Positions 26,619-36,183 of a stretch of DNA of 64,000 nt are shown here, one piece after another. A program made the translations under genes and the position numbers. Every line of letters starts with the position of its first letter. Position 1 is the stretch's first letter. Under the pieces are notes generated by a model. The model was not told the DNA's origin and made no database searches. It saw only the letters and a program-made list of their open reading frames with translations. This stretch comes from Patescibacteria group bacterium (lineage in GTDB: Bacteria; Patescibacteriota; Patescibacteriia; 2-01-FULL-39-33), in contig JBAZRV010000003.1 in NCBI GenBank assembly GCA_041662745.1, positions 56,034 through 120,033 on the forward strand, in the 5' to 3' direction.

Positions 26619-27950
26619 TTAATTTTTGGCAATAATCGTCTCAGTGTTGATTTTAGTTAATTTGCGCCTCTTTTTTGTTATCAGATAAATACATAGCAGA
26701 GCAATCAGATCCATAAACAGCTCCTCCCGCTGGAAGTAGTTAGTATAAATAGACATGATACAGACAAAGGAAAAATAAGCGAATAACATGCTAGTCAGAG
26801 GGTTGGGCCGTCGCTGGGCAAAAGCGTAGATTGTTCCCAGCAGCGCTCCCCAACCGATGCCGGCCAGCGCAATCCCCCACCAGCCGAAGTCTAGGAAATA
26901 TACAAATAAGAAGGTGGCGGTGATCCACCAGGGCAGAAATATCGCCGACCAATCAACTGGAGCGTGGAATTGCGGCAGATGGAAAATTTTTAAAGCCGAA
27001 TTAAAAACCGCTAATTCGGCTTGGCCGAGATAATGTTGTTCCGTGTGCAATTCCACTCCTCTGTCCAGTGCTTGCAGATTGAACGCCGGTATCAGATAAA
27101 TCGGCGTTAAAAATTGCAGGTAGGGCGGCAAATTAACTTGAGAAATGGTTGTTAAATAAGAAAATGGGTTATACTCGCCTTGGTAATTGTAATCGCGATA
27201 AGTGATAAATTGCCGAAAGGCCGGTATGGCGATGGAGACGCTTAAAATGGCTGTCAGGGCTAAAAGGGTGCTAACTATCAATCTTTTTAATTTAATGGTT
27301 TGCGAGTTTATTATAAGATAACCAAAGTAGCATAATAACACGGTAATTACGATAATCAGGCGTGAAGCGTATAAAGACAGAATGATAAAACCAATAACTA
27401 TTACCAGCCAATAAAAAAATTTTTTTGCCCGGGTTAAATTTTGTTTGTCTAGAACCAATTCCAAAAAGGCCAGCGGAATGAATAAGCGCGGTAAAAGCGA
27501 TAGCCATTCAAAAATACCGAAAATCTCCTTATTGATAATAAAGCGCATTTTATCGGGAATGGAGGACAGAATGGGCAGGGTGCCGAATCGGCTGAAGATA
27601 TAAAGATTAGCCGCAATACTGGCTAAGGCCATTAGGCCGATTAAAATAGCCATCAGACGGTTGTTTATTTTGGGCCTTTTTTCTGTAACTGCCAGCTTTT
27701 TAGCGGTTAAACGTTTAACAAGATAATACGTTATGATAAAGGGCGGGAAGAATAACCCCAATATCAGCCACAAACGCCAGCTTAAAGGCCGTTCCAGCGG
27801 GCTTAGGCGCAATTGGCTGACAGCCAGAGCAGCCGACCACAGCGAGGCGAGAAGCAGGGCCGGAGAAAATTTTTCTTGGCCCAAAAAATAAAACCAGCCG
27901 AGGGCGGCTGCGGCTAGGAAAAAAATAAAAAATAAAAACCAAGTCAGCAT
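26619..27950 (-). CDS. polytopic membrane protein, O-antigen polymerase/ligase (Wzy)-like
   Basis: ~11 TM helices with one large loop; adjacent to GT2. Confidence 0.4.
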   Translation of the reverse strand: MLTWFLFFIFFLAAAALGWFYFLGQEKFSPALLLASLWSAALAVSQLRLSPLERPLSWRLWLILGLFFPPFIITYYLVKRLTAKKLAVTEKRPKINNRLMAILIGLMALASIAANLYIFSRFGTLPILSSIPDKMRFIINKEIFGIFEWLSLLPRLFIPLAFLELVLDKQNLTRAKKFFYWLVIVIGFIILSLYASRLIIVITVLLCYFGYLIINSQTIKLKRLIVSTLLALTAILSVSIAIPAFRQFITYRDYNYQGEYNPFSYLTTISQVNLPPYLQFLTPIYLIPAFNLQALDRGVELHTEQHYLGQAELAVFNSALKIFHLPQFHAPVDWSAIFLPWWITATFLFVYFLDFGWWGIALAGIGWGALLGTIYAFAQRRPNPLTSMLFAYFSFVCIMSIYTNYFQREELFMDLIALLCIYLITKKRRKLTKINTETIIAKN

Positions 27951-27961
27951 AAGAAATTAGT

Positions 27962-28831
27962 TTAAGCCTTTTTTAGGAAGTACAACAAGGCTGATTTGAA
28001 AAATCGCCATTGGTTGGTTACGACTTTTTGCTGGCCGAAACTTTTTCCGCCGTGGTGGATGATTTTTGTTTCCGGCGTATAGATTATTTTGTAGCCGGCT
28101 CGGCTGACGCGGCGGCAGAAATCAACCTCCTCAAACCAAACGAAGAATCTTTCATCCAATAATCCGACTTTATCTAAAACCGGACGCGGGATAAGCATAA
28201 AAGCGCCCATTACTTGCTCTACCTCCTGTTCTTTAGCATAATCAAGGTCCTCAGCCAGATAGCGGCTGATTGATTTTAAATGAGGCAGAAGCTTAGGCAG
28301 TTTTAGAAGCATTAAGATTACGGGCCACCGGGTCGGCAATCGCCTGACCGAGGGCTGCAGCCGGCCGTCGGGATAAATCATTTGTACGCCCAGAATGCCG
28401 CAAGCGGAGTGGCGTTTGACGGCTGCCACTGACTTGCTTAGGGTGTCCGGGAATATCTCGGTATCCGGATTGAGCAGTAGGATATATTCCCCAGTTGCTT
28501 GCTTGATGGCCAGGTTGTTGGCTTTGGCAAAGCCCAGATTCTTATCACTGGCAATTAACCGTGATTGAGGAAACTTTTTTTTAATCAGCTCGGCCGTGCC
28601 GTCACCGGAAGCGTTATCTACGACAAAAAGTTCCATCGTTAAATTGCCTTGATTCCGATAGATTGAATCAAGGCATTTTTCTAATAAATCCTTAACTTTG
28701 TAGGATACGATGATAATGGAGAGCTGCGTTTTCATAACTATTACAATTATATCATGCTCCGGCATAAGAGCAAACAAAACGCCGCCCTCTTTGCGGGAGA
28801 GCGGCGAGAAGAAAAAATTAAATTTTTTCAA
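27962..28831 (-). CDS. glycosyltransferase family 2
   Basis: SIIIVSYK...VVDNASGDGT, DxD region. Confidence 0.8.
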   Translation of the reverse strand: MKKFNFFFSPLSRKEGGVLFALMPEHDIIVIVMKTQLSIIIVSYKVKDLLEKCLDSIYRNQGNLTMELFVVDNASGDGTAELIKKKFPQSRLIASDKNLGFAKANNLAIKQATGEYILLLNPDTEIFPDTLSKSVAAVKRHSACGILGVQMIYPDGRLQPSVRRLPTRWPVILMLLKLPKLLPHLKSISRYLAEDLDYAKEQEVEQVMGAFMLIPRPVLDKVGLLDERFFVWFEEVDFCRRVSRAGYKIIYTPETKIIHHGGKSFGQQKVVTNQWRFFKSALLYFLKKA

Positions 28832-29123
28832 TCATGATTTCGGTGAAACATTGGCGATGGCCGAATTTCTTGCGGTATCTGGTTTTTCTCTTGTACTTAA
28901 TGCCGGTAACCTTGTCAGCGCGGCCTTGGCCCAGGATTTTAGCCATAACTTTAGCGGCTAAGGTCGGTTCGCCCATCTCAACTTTTTCGCCATCGGCGAC
29001 AAGCAGGGTTTCCAGTTCAATCTTGGATCCGTCGGCCTCCGCTAATTTTTCCACCTTAATTTTATCGTTTTCTTTAACCAGGTATTGTTTTCCACCGGTC
29101 TTAATAACAGCAATTTTTACCAT
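28818..29123 (-). CDS. rplU: 50S ribosomal protein L21
   Basis: MVKIAVIKTGGKQYLVKENDKIKVEKL. Confidence 0.9.
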   Translation of the reverse strand: MVKIAVIKTGGKQYLVKENDKIKVEKLAEADGSKIELETLLVADGEKVEMGEPTLAAKVMAKILGQGRADKVTGIKYKRKTRYRKKFGHRQCFTEIMIEKI

Positions 29124-29249
29124 ATTTGTTTGTTTTGATATTTACTTAACTATTTTAGCTCAATTGGCGTCTTTTGTCAAGGTGGTTGGCGGGAAGATAA
29201 AAAAAGAGCGTTTTTTGTCCGAATTGGAGCAAAAAACGCCCAAAATGTG

Positions 29250-30443
29250 CTAACGAACCATTGATAATTTAACATCCGAACGAACGGTGTGGCGGTAGCT
29301 CACGCTATATCGTTTTCGCAAATACTCATCCAAAATATTGCAACATTCTTGGTAGTGCCTCTCCCACTCCCTAATTTTTTGGGCGCTGAATTTTTCCGGA
29401 TCTTTGCCTTCTCGCAAAGCTTTGGCCTTAAGCCGGGCAAGAGTCGGGCCGTAAGGCTTTAGGGGGCCGATATGGACGCGCAAAGCGAAGTTCTCAATAT
29501 GTCTTTCAATCATCTCTAGCCATTTTTTCAAGCTGGCCGGATTCGGATTGTACATTTGCGGGAAAATATCCAGCCCTGCTTCCACTAATGTGCGCAGACA
29601 GAAAACCTGATCGGAAATAGTGGCGTTGGCTTGGACATTGTCTTGCAGATTGGCATTGTCCGTACCCTTAATGGCGGCTAAGACTTTAACCGGAAAAACT
29701 GCCAGATGACGGTAATAATCAATCGGCCACAAATGAGGCGTGGAGAGATTGGTGTCCACTTGTCCGACCATATCCTCTCCCCGTTCTTCAATTCGGCGCC
29801 AGAGTTTGATAATCCAGTCCAGCACTACGGTCGGCTCGCCGCCGGAAACGCGCAGGACTTTAATATTCAGATCAATCCCGGTTTGTTTTTTGTAAATTTC
29901 CCGCACCTTATCCCGAGCCATTAAGAAGCTGTCAATAACATCGTCAACCTCAACCAGCCATTTATTTCCGGTTTGACGCAGGCCGTCATTGAGTTTGTTA
30001 TCCACAAAACAGTAGAGACAACCGCCGTCGCAGGTTCCGGAATGGAAATTGCAGCCGGCGACCTGGAGGATAAATGGCGCATTATAATCTAAGGCGCGGG
30101 ACAATTCATAGCCTGCGATATGCTTGTACCACAAGGCAAAATCAAATTCTTGCTGCTTGAGATAGTCTTCAATTACTCCCGGAGACATCTTGCCGATGTC
30201 AATGAAGTCCTTGCCGTAAGCCTTGGCCGCCAAGGGATCAACATCTTTGGCATTGAATTTGAACCGGAAAACGCGTCGGCCGTCCCGGTTAGGCATCAGG
30301 TCTATAACCTTGCTTGTGTCTTGGCCTTGCAGCGAATCGGAAAAATCCGCTACCAGTAGCCGTCCCCCCGGCGTGATTACGGTTTGGCGCAAGGCGGTGG
30401 CGCGATCTAATGGACTTTGGACATACGACGGATTTTTAGACAT
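29250..30443 (-). CDS. radical SAM protein, uncharacterised subfamily (397 aa)
   Basis: cluster motif C-D-G-G-C-L-Y-C (Cx3Cx2C) preceded by extra Cys (CNFHSGTC); SAM-binding VSGGEPTV; ~130-aa N-terminal extension; overlaps upstream ORF by 8 nt. Confidence 0.7.
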   Translation of the reverse strand: MSKNPSYVQSPLDRATALRQTVITPGGRLLVADFSDSLQGQDTSKVIDLMPNRDGRRVFRFKFNAKDVDPLAAKAYGKDFIDIGKMSPGVIEDYLKQQEFDFALWYKHIAGYELSRALDYNAPFILQVAGCNFHSGTCDGGCLYCFVDNKLNDGLRQTGNKWLVEVDDVIDSFLMARDKVREIYKKQTGIDLNIKVLRVSGGEPTVVLDWIIKLWRRIEERGEDMVGQVDTNLSTPHLWPIDYYRHLAVFPVKVLAAIKGTDNANLQDNVQANATISDQVFCLRTLVEAGLDIFPQMYNPNPASLKKWLEMIERHIENFALRVHIGPLKPYGPTLARLKAKALREGKDPEKFSAQKIREWERHYQECCNILDEYLRKRYSVSYRHTVRSDVKLSMVR

Positions 30444-30900
30444 AATGCTTTTCTCCCTCCTTTAAGAGTTTTGCGAATTCTTCAGCTAGGACTTGCAATT
30501 TTTGTTTGTCTTCCTCTGTCAGTCCGGCCAGAATCTGTTCTCCTCGGAAATGCAATTTTTGTAACAAAATGTAGGCTGATTTAGCGGCGATGTTGATTTC
30601 AGTTATCAATTCGGCAACTTCCATGCACCACAAAGCAGTACCTACTGAATCCTCATACCAATCGCCGGTATTTCCGCAATAACGGTAAAATCGGCAATCC
30701 CGGAAGAAAACAGCAAAAGCTTTCTGCTTGCTTAATTCTTTTAGGATATTGCATATCCTGCCTATGCGATTATCAATGATAATCTGACAATCGATTAGGC
30801 GGCTGATCAGTCCGGGTCCCGAGAGATGGAAAATTACGATGAGCAAATTTAGCATGTCAAGTTTTCCAGCCGGTGTTCGGTTGCGCGCTGTTGTCGGCAT
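30436..30900 (-). CDS. hypothetical protein (154 aa) translationally coupled to radical SAM gene
   Basis: ATG at 30900 with GGGAGG 8 nt upstream; overlaps downstream gene; several Cys (DCQ, RIC, DCRFYRYC, LWC). Confidence 0.55.
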   Translation of the reverse strand: MPTTARNRTPAGKLDMLNLLIVIFHLSGPGLISRLIDCQIIIDNRIGRICNILKELSKQKAFAVFFRDCRFYRYCGNTGDWYEDSVGTALWCMEVAELITEINIAAKSAYILLQKLHFRGEQILAGLTEEDKQKLQVLAEEFAKLLKEGEKHYV

Positions 30901-30957
30901 ATCTGTTACCTCCCTCGGTTATCGCTGGCTTATTAAGTTTTAATGTTCGGTTGAGTT

Positions 30958-30986
30958 ATCTTACTATATTGGGGGAGAAATGTCAA
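30958..30986 (-). promoter_or_regulatory. sigma70-like promoter for the 154-aa/radical-SAM operon: -35 TTGACA (plus 30981-30986), 17-nt spacer, -10 TAAGAT (plus 30958-30963)
   Basis: read on minus strand; located between secF terminator and operon RBS. Confidence 0.4.
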
Positions 30987-31026
30987 ATAAAAAATATCCT
31001 CGCAAACCTGCTTTGCGAGGATATTG
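30986..31026 (-). terminator. intrinsic terminator for secF: atatcctcgcaaa-cctg-ctttgcgaggatat + T-run on minus strand
   Basis: 13-bp perfect stem; A-run on plus = U-run on minus. Confidence 0.75.
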
Positions 31027-31035
31027 CCGTATGAA

Positions 31036-31941
31036 TTATTTTTTCAATTTTTTGTCCCAGATATTCCAGTCTAACAGCAAACAAGAAGCGATAAAAATCG
31101 AGGAGTAAGTGCCGATAAAAATACCTACCAGAAGCGCCAGAGTAAAGTTTTTAGTGCTGGCCCCGCCAAATAAGTAGAGGCAAAATAGAACCAGTAACAC
31201 CGTTAAAGAAGTGTTGATGGAGCGCGTTACGGTTTGGTTGACTGAATCGTTAACCACCTCATCAAATTTTCCGGTATAGAATCTGCCTAAATTTTCTCTG
31301 GTGCGGTCAAATACTACGATAGTGTCATGGACGGAAAAACCCATAATGGTTAGCAGCGCGGTAATGAATAAACCGTCAACTTCCACGCCGGCAAAGCGTC
31401 CCAGAACGGCAAATAAGCCGACGACAATAGTAACGTCGTGGATTAGGGCTAAAATAGCCGAAACGCCGTATTTCCAGGAAGCGACCGGTTTGGAGACTTT
31501 GCGAAAAGCAAAAGCAATGTAGATAATAATGCACAGGGAGGCTACCAGAATAGCCAGCCAGGCCTTTTTCTGCAGTTCTTGGCCGATTACCGGACCGATT
31601 GATTCAAATCTTAATTCTTGGCTTTGGCCGGGGAATTTATCATTGATAGACTGCAGAATTTGCTGATGCTGGTCTTCATTGACGTTTTGAAATTTTAAGA
31701 TGACATTTCTGTCCCCTGACGGCTGGATAATCACCTCACCCAAATCAAGCGATTTAGTTGCTTCTTGGATTTCCGTATTTTGCGGTCGGTTGTCGGTAAA
31801 AGATAATTCCAAGAGCGATCCGCCGGTAAAATCCAGGCCGGGTTTTAGTCCCCAGGCAATAATAGCCAAAACGGAAGCAACAAACAGGAAGCCGGACACC
31901 AGGTAGTAATATTTGCGATTCTTGATGATTTGTAGTTTCAT
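31036..31941 (-). CDS. secF: protein translocase subunit SecF
   Basis: 301 aa, 6 TM, typical SecF N-terminus ...GLDFTGGSLLEL. Confidence 0.9.
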   Translation of the reverse strand: MKLQIIKNRKYYYLVSGFLFVASVLAIIAWGLKPGLDFTGGSLLELSFTDNRPQNTEIQEATKSLDLGEVIIQPSGDRNVILKFQNVNEDQHQQILQSINDKFPGQSQELRFESIGPVIGQELQKKAWLAILVASLCIIIYIAFAFRKVSKPVASWKYGVSAILALIHDVTIVVGLFAVLGRFAGVEVDGLFITALLTIMGFSVHDTIVVFDRTRENLGRFYTGKFDEVVNDSVNQTVTRSINTSLTVLLVLFCLYLFGGASTKNFTLALLVGIFIGTYSSIFIASCLLLDWNIWDKKLKK

Positions 31942-31968
31942 ATTTTCTTTATAAATGAGAATCGTTGA

Positions 31969-33840
31969 TTAAATTTTTTTCTTGATGCCGTACAGCCATT
32001 TGTTTTGCGTCCATTTCCATTTAGCGGTTAATAGCAAGAATTGCCGGCTGATGATAATAGCCGAGAACATGGAAACGGCAATGCCCAAGGCCAGAGTAAA
32101 AGCAAAACCGCGGATAATGCTGGAACCGAACCAGAATAAAATGGCGCAAGTGATTAAAGAGGAAAAGTTGGAGTCGCGGATTGAAGTCCAGGCGCGACCA
32201 AAGCCCTCATCAATGGCTTTCATTATGTCTTTGCCGGCGCGTAGTTCTTCTTTCAGGCGTTCAAAAATCAGGATATTGGCGTCTACGGCCATGCCGATGG
32301 ATAGAATGAAACCGGTAATGCCGGCCAAGGTCATGGTTACATGGATGATTTTAAACAAAGCCAGGGAGATGGCGGTATAAATTATCAAAGCGATAACTGA
32401 CAGTAAACCCGGTAAGCGGTAAAAGCCGATCATGAATAAGGCCACGGCCAATAAGCCGATAAAGCCGGCAAATAAGCTTTTCTGCACTGCTTCTTGGCCC
32501 AAGGTGGCTCCGACGGTGGTTTGGGAAACTAATTTGATCGGTACGGGCAAGGCGCCGGCATTTAAGCGCTGGGCCAATTTTTTGGCTTCATCCTGGGTAA
32601 AATTACCTTGAATTACGGCTTGGCCGCCCAAGATCGGTTCATTGACTTTGGGAATGGAAATAGCGGTGCCATCTAGGAATATGGCGACCGGTTTACCTAC
32701 GTTTCTGGTGGTGATATCGGCAAATAGTTGAGCGCCCTCATTGTCAAATTCCAAGGATACTTGCGGTACTAAGGCAGTCTGATCGTACTCTACTGAGGCC
32801 TTTTTTAAATTTTTTCCGGAAAGTTTAGTATTAATCCACTCCGGCTCTTGAGCGATACCCAAATCAACCGAAGTCTTGGTTTTTAGTAGGATATGGCGGA
32901 CACTAACCGTACGGCCATCGCCCGTCCCCTGATCTCCTTCCAGTTTAATGATGTGATAGCCGAAAGCAGTTTTGACCAGATCATTATAAACTTCGCCGAC
33001 TTTTAGTTTATTAAACGCAACATCGTCAAATTCGGTGACGAATTGGCCTTTTTTTACGCCCTCATATAATCCCCCGTTGTCTTTACTGCCGGGATCCTCG
33101 CTATATTGCTTGGCCAAAGCGGAAAAATCGGCTCCATTCTTAATCTGTTGCAAAATGTTCACAGCTTGCTTGCGCACCGTCAAATTCATATCATCCAATT
33201 GTTTCTGTTGTTCCGGGGTTAGTTGTTGCGCTTGCGGATTTTCTTCTTTGAATTCCAGAAGCGGTGTTTCGCCGATCATTTTGATGGCGGAATTAATGTC
33301 ATAAACGCCGGCCAATTCCACGCTAATACGCGGTTTATCGCCGGACATTGACGTTTGGACAATCGGCTCGGAAACGCCTAAGGCATTAACGCGCCGCTCA
33401 ATAACGTCTTTAGCTCCGGCTAAAGCGTCATTCCTGCCGGCCAGAGGAATTTGTGATAAGTCAGCGTCATAAGTCAACTGGGCTCCGCCAAGCAAATCAA
33501 GGCCAAGACGAAACGGCAGGCCGTAAGATGATAATTCAATTTGTTTAATATTGCGCCAAACCAGCCGACTACTGTTGTCGGAAACGTTTTTTTCCATTTT
33601 AGGGAAAATGTTCAAGTTAGAAATGACGGGAACGGCGGATAACCCGGCGTCCATAGCGTCAGCCGCTTTATTTTTGAAGCCGATGATGTCAATATAGGCG
33701 GCAATCAAAAACAAAATGGCAATACCGAAAAGCACCCAGCGGAGTCGGCCTCTTTGACCGGGTTTTAGCAGTTTTTCAAAGAAATTTTGCTGCATGTGTT
33801 TCTGTGGATAATAGTTAAAATGATGGATAAATCTTAACAA
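31969..33840 (-). CDS. secD: protein translocase subunit SecD with embedded PpiC/parvulin-type PPIase-like domain
   Basis: SecD motifs LGLDLLGGAQ, C-terminal 5-6 TM bundle; periplasmic insert ...GADFSALAKQYSEDPGSKDNGGLYEGVKKGQFVTEFDDVAFNKLKVGEVYNDLVKTAFGYHIIK... matches parvulin signature. Confidence 0.85.
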   Translation of the reverse strand: MLRFIHHFNYYPQKHMQQNFFEKLLKPGQRGRLRWVLFGIAILFLIAAYIDIIGFKNKAADAMDAGLSAVPVISNLNIFPKMEKNVSDNSSRLVWRNIKQIELSSYGLPFRLGLDLLGGAQLTYDADLSQIPLAGRNDALAGAKDVIERRVNALGVSEPIVQTSMSGDKPRISVELAGVYDINSAIKMIGETPLLEFKEENPQAQQLTPEQQKQLDDMNLTVRKQAVNILQQIKNGADFSALAKQYSEDPGSKDNGGLYEGVKKGQFVTEFDDVAFNKLKVGEVYNDLVKTAFGYHIIKLEGDQGTGDGRTVSVRHILLKTKTSVDLGIAQEPEWINTKLSGKNLKKASVEYDQTALVPQVSLEFDNEGAQLFADITTRNVGKPVAIFLDGTAISIPKVNEPILGGQAVIQGNFTQDEAKKLAQRLNAGALPVPIKLVSQTTVGATLGQEAVQKSLFAGFIGLLAVALFMIGFYRLPGLLSVIALIIYTAISLALFKIIHVTMTLAGITGFILSIGMAVDANILIFERLKEELRAGKDIMKAIDEGFGRAWTSIRDSNFSSLITCAILFWFGSSIIRGFAFTLALGIAVSMFSAIIISRQFLLLTAKWKWTQNKWLYGIKKKI

Positions 33841-33913
33841 AATTGAGAAAAAAAGGCAAGAACGGCTAAGAACTCACCTTTTAAATCGCGGCATTAATCG
33901 GTTTATCGGTCGG

Positions 33914-34912
33914 TTATATGGCTATCGCCATTTCCACTAAACGGTTGGAATAACCCCATTCATTGTCATACCAAGCCAGAACTTTGACCAGATTGCCGTC
34001 AACTACGCGAGTGTATTTTAAATCCACAATAGCTGATTCGGTGGTGCCGATAATGTCGGAAGAAACCAGTTCGTCATCGCCATCAGCAATGCCTAAGATA
34101 TTTTTGTATAACGGATGTGAAGCCATTTTGCGGAAAGCATCGTTAACTTCCTCCGCAGTAACGTTTTTTTTGAGAACGGCGGTGATATCTGATAATGAAC
34201 CGCAGATAACCGGCACGCGAATGGAGATGCCGTCAAATTTGTCTTTAAGCGTCGGGATAACAAGAATGGTGGCTTTGGCGGCGCCGGTGGATGATGGCGC
34301 CATGTTGGCGGCGCCGGCTCGGCCTCGCCTTAGGTCTTTGGCATCGGGACCGTCAACCAGGCGTTGGCTGGCGGTGTAAGCATGGATCGTAGTCATAATC
34401 GATTTGACAACGCCGAATTTTGATTCCAAGATCTGCATAACCGGAGCGATGCAATTGGTGGTGCAGGAGGCGTTGGAGATTATGTTGTCGTGGCCGATTA
34501 ATTTCTTGGTTAATTCCGTGCCGAATACCAAAGTTGTCACTTCATCCTTGGCCGGCGCAGACAAGACGACTTTTTTAGCTCCGGCCAGGGCATGCTTTTT
34601 TAAATCCTCAGCCTTCTCAAAAACGCCGGTGCATTCTAAAACAACATCAACTTTGTATTTTTTCCAGGGCAGTTTAGCCGGATCTTTTTCGGCAAAGACC
34701 GGTATTTTTTTTCCGTCAACAATAATATTCTGTTTGTCATAAGTCACCTTTTTGCCATAACGGCCATAAACCGTATCGTACTTGAGCATATAAGCCAAGG
34801 TGCGGGTATCGGTCAGATCATTGATGGCAACAATCTGCGCCCCTCTTTTTTCCAGGGCGATTTTAAACGCACAGCGACCGATGCGGCCAAAGCCGTTAAT
34901 GGCTATTCTCAT
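33914..34912 (-). CDS. gap: glyceraldehyde-3-phosphate dehydrogenase
   Basis: NGFGRIGR NAD-binding, active site SCTTNC. Confidence 0.93.
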   Translation of the reverse strand: MRIAINGFGRIGRCAFKIALEKRGAQIVAINDLTDTRTLAYMLKYDTVYGRYGKKVTYDKQNIIVDGKKIPVFAEKDPAKLPWKKYKVDVVLECTGVFEKAEDLKKHALAGAKKVVLSAPAKDEVTTLVFGTELTKKLIGHDNIISNASCTTNCIAPVMQILESKFGVVKSIMTTIHAYTASQRLVDGPDAKDLRRGRAGAANMAPSSTGAAKATILVIPTLKDKFDGISIRVPVICGSLSDITAVLKKNVTAEEVNDAFRKMASHPLYKNILGIADGDDELVSSDIIGTTESAIVDLKYTRVVDGNLVKVLAWYDNEWGYSNRLVEMAIAI

Positions 34913-34942
34913 AGATTTGTGTTAGTTAGCTTGATTCGTTGG

Positions 34943-34951
34943 TATTATAGC
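34943..34951 (-). promoter_or_regulatory. extended -10 element TGcTATAAT on minus strand upstream of gap
   Basis: plus-strand attatagca (34943-34951) = minus TGCTATAAT, 31 nt upstream of gap ATG. Confidence 0.35.
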
Positions 34952-35060
34952 ACAAAAATAAAAAATTAAGAAAATAATTGACCGAGGCGGTGATGGCGGA
35001 AAAAAATTAAAACCGCCAAGTGCATGGAGCGCGAGGCGGTGACAAGGTGCGTGTATTCAG

Positions 35061-35273
35061 TTATTTATCGGACGGTTTTATTTCTGATTCTAATTTTTGC
35101 AGTTCTTGGCGTAATTGTCGTGTTATTCGCCGATCCTTGGCGATTAAATCCTTTAGACGCTGGCGAAAACTCGCAGTAATCGGTTCATTCAGCAGTTCTT
35201 CCCATTGACGATTGGCCAAAGCCAGCTGTGCCAAGGTCTTTTTTATCTGTTTGATGCGGCGTTTGGCGCACAT
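35061..35273 (-). CDS. hypothetical small coiled-coil protein (70 aa)
   Basis: ORF; R/K/Q-rich helical; hairpin accgcc...ggcggt + U-run on minus downstream (about 34995-35040). Confidence 0.4.
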   Translation of the reverse strand: MCAKRRIKQIKKTLAQLALANRQWEELLNEPITASFRQRLKDLIAKDRRITRQLRQELQKLESEIKPSDK

Positions 35274-35361
35274 TTTGTCCTCCGTTTGGATTTTAAAATC
35301 ATTCGCTTTGTCCAGGTTGGCAATATAACAATACGGAAACCGATTAAAATAGCATCTGGCG

Positions 35362-36165
35362 TTAGTCTTTGATTATCGGAATTTCTACGATTACCGCTTT
35401 ATCCTGATCGCGTTCTTTGTCTAATTCCACATCAACGCTGCAACGCAAAACATGCCAACCGACGACTACGCCGCGGCCATGTTTAGTCTTGACTTTGGTG
35501 CCTAAAGCCGGCAATTTGGCTATTAAATCCTGATAGTAGGATTCTTCGTAGGCCAGGCAGCATTTGAGGCGGCCGCAGATGCCGGATAAACGCTCGGCTC
35601 CGCGATGCACGATTTGCTGGTCTTCGGCAAAATCGGAAGACACATTGCCGAGTTTTTTCAGATGTCCGCGGCAGCATTGCCCCAGTCCGCAAGAACCGAC
35701 ATCGCCTACCAGCTTAGCTTCATCCCTAACGCCGATTTGTTGCAAGCGTATCACGCGATTGAATGTCCGGCTCAGTTCCTTGACTAATTCGCGGAAATCA
35801 ATGCGGCCGTCGGCAATAAAAGCAAAAGACAGGCGTTGACCGTCCAAGGAAAAATGCGCGTCAACAATCTTCATTTCCAAGCCGTAGCGTTTGACTGCTT
35901 CCCGGCAGTCACGGATTACGCCTTCTTTATCTTGCCGGTTTTTTTCCAGCGCTTCCCAGTCGTCGGCCTTGGCCAGACGTTCAATATTATTGGCGATGGC
36001 TTTGGCTTCTTCTTCGTTCGCCTCTCTAAGCTCTGTGATTTTCCCCGCTTCTTCGCCGTATTCGGTGTTAATAATGGCAAAATCGCCGATAGACAAAGTC
36101 AGGCCGCCAGGATTGGCGGCGCTGATTTTTTCCCATTGGTTGATTTCAACTGTGGCGATAATCAT
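35362..36165 (-). CDS. PSP1 domain protein (YaaT/RicT-like)
   Basis: PSP1 signature Cys pairs ...GSCGLGQCCRGHL... and ...GRLKCCLAYE... Confidence 0.85.
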   Translation of the reverse strand: MIIATVEINQWEKISAANPGGLTLSIGDFAIINTEYGEEAGKITELREANEEEAKAIANNIERLAKADDWEALEKNRQDKEGVIRDCREAVKRYGLEMKIVDAHFSLDGQRLSFAFIADGRIDFRELVKELSRTFNRVIRLQQIGVRDEAKLVGDVGSCGLGQCCRGHLKKLGNVSSDFAEDQQIVHRGAERLSGICGRLKCCLAYEESYYQDLIAKLPALGTKVKTKHGRGVVVGWHVLRCSVDVELDKERDQDKAVIVEIPIIKD

Positions 36166-36183
36166 ATTTACCGATAACTGGCA

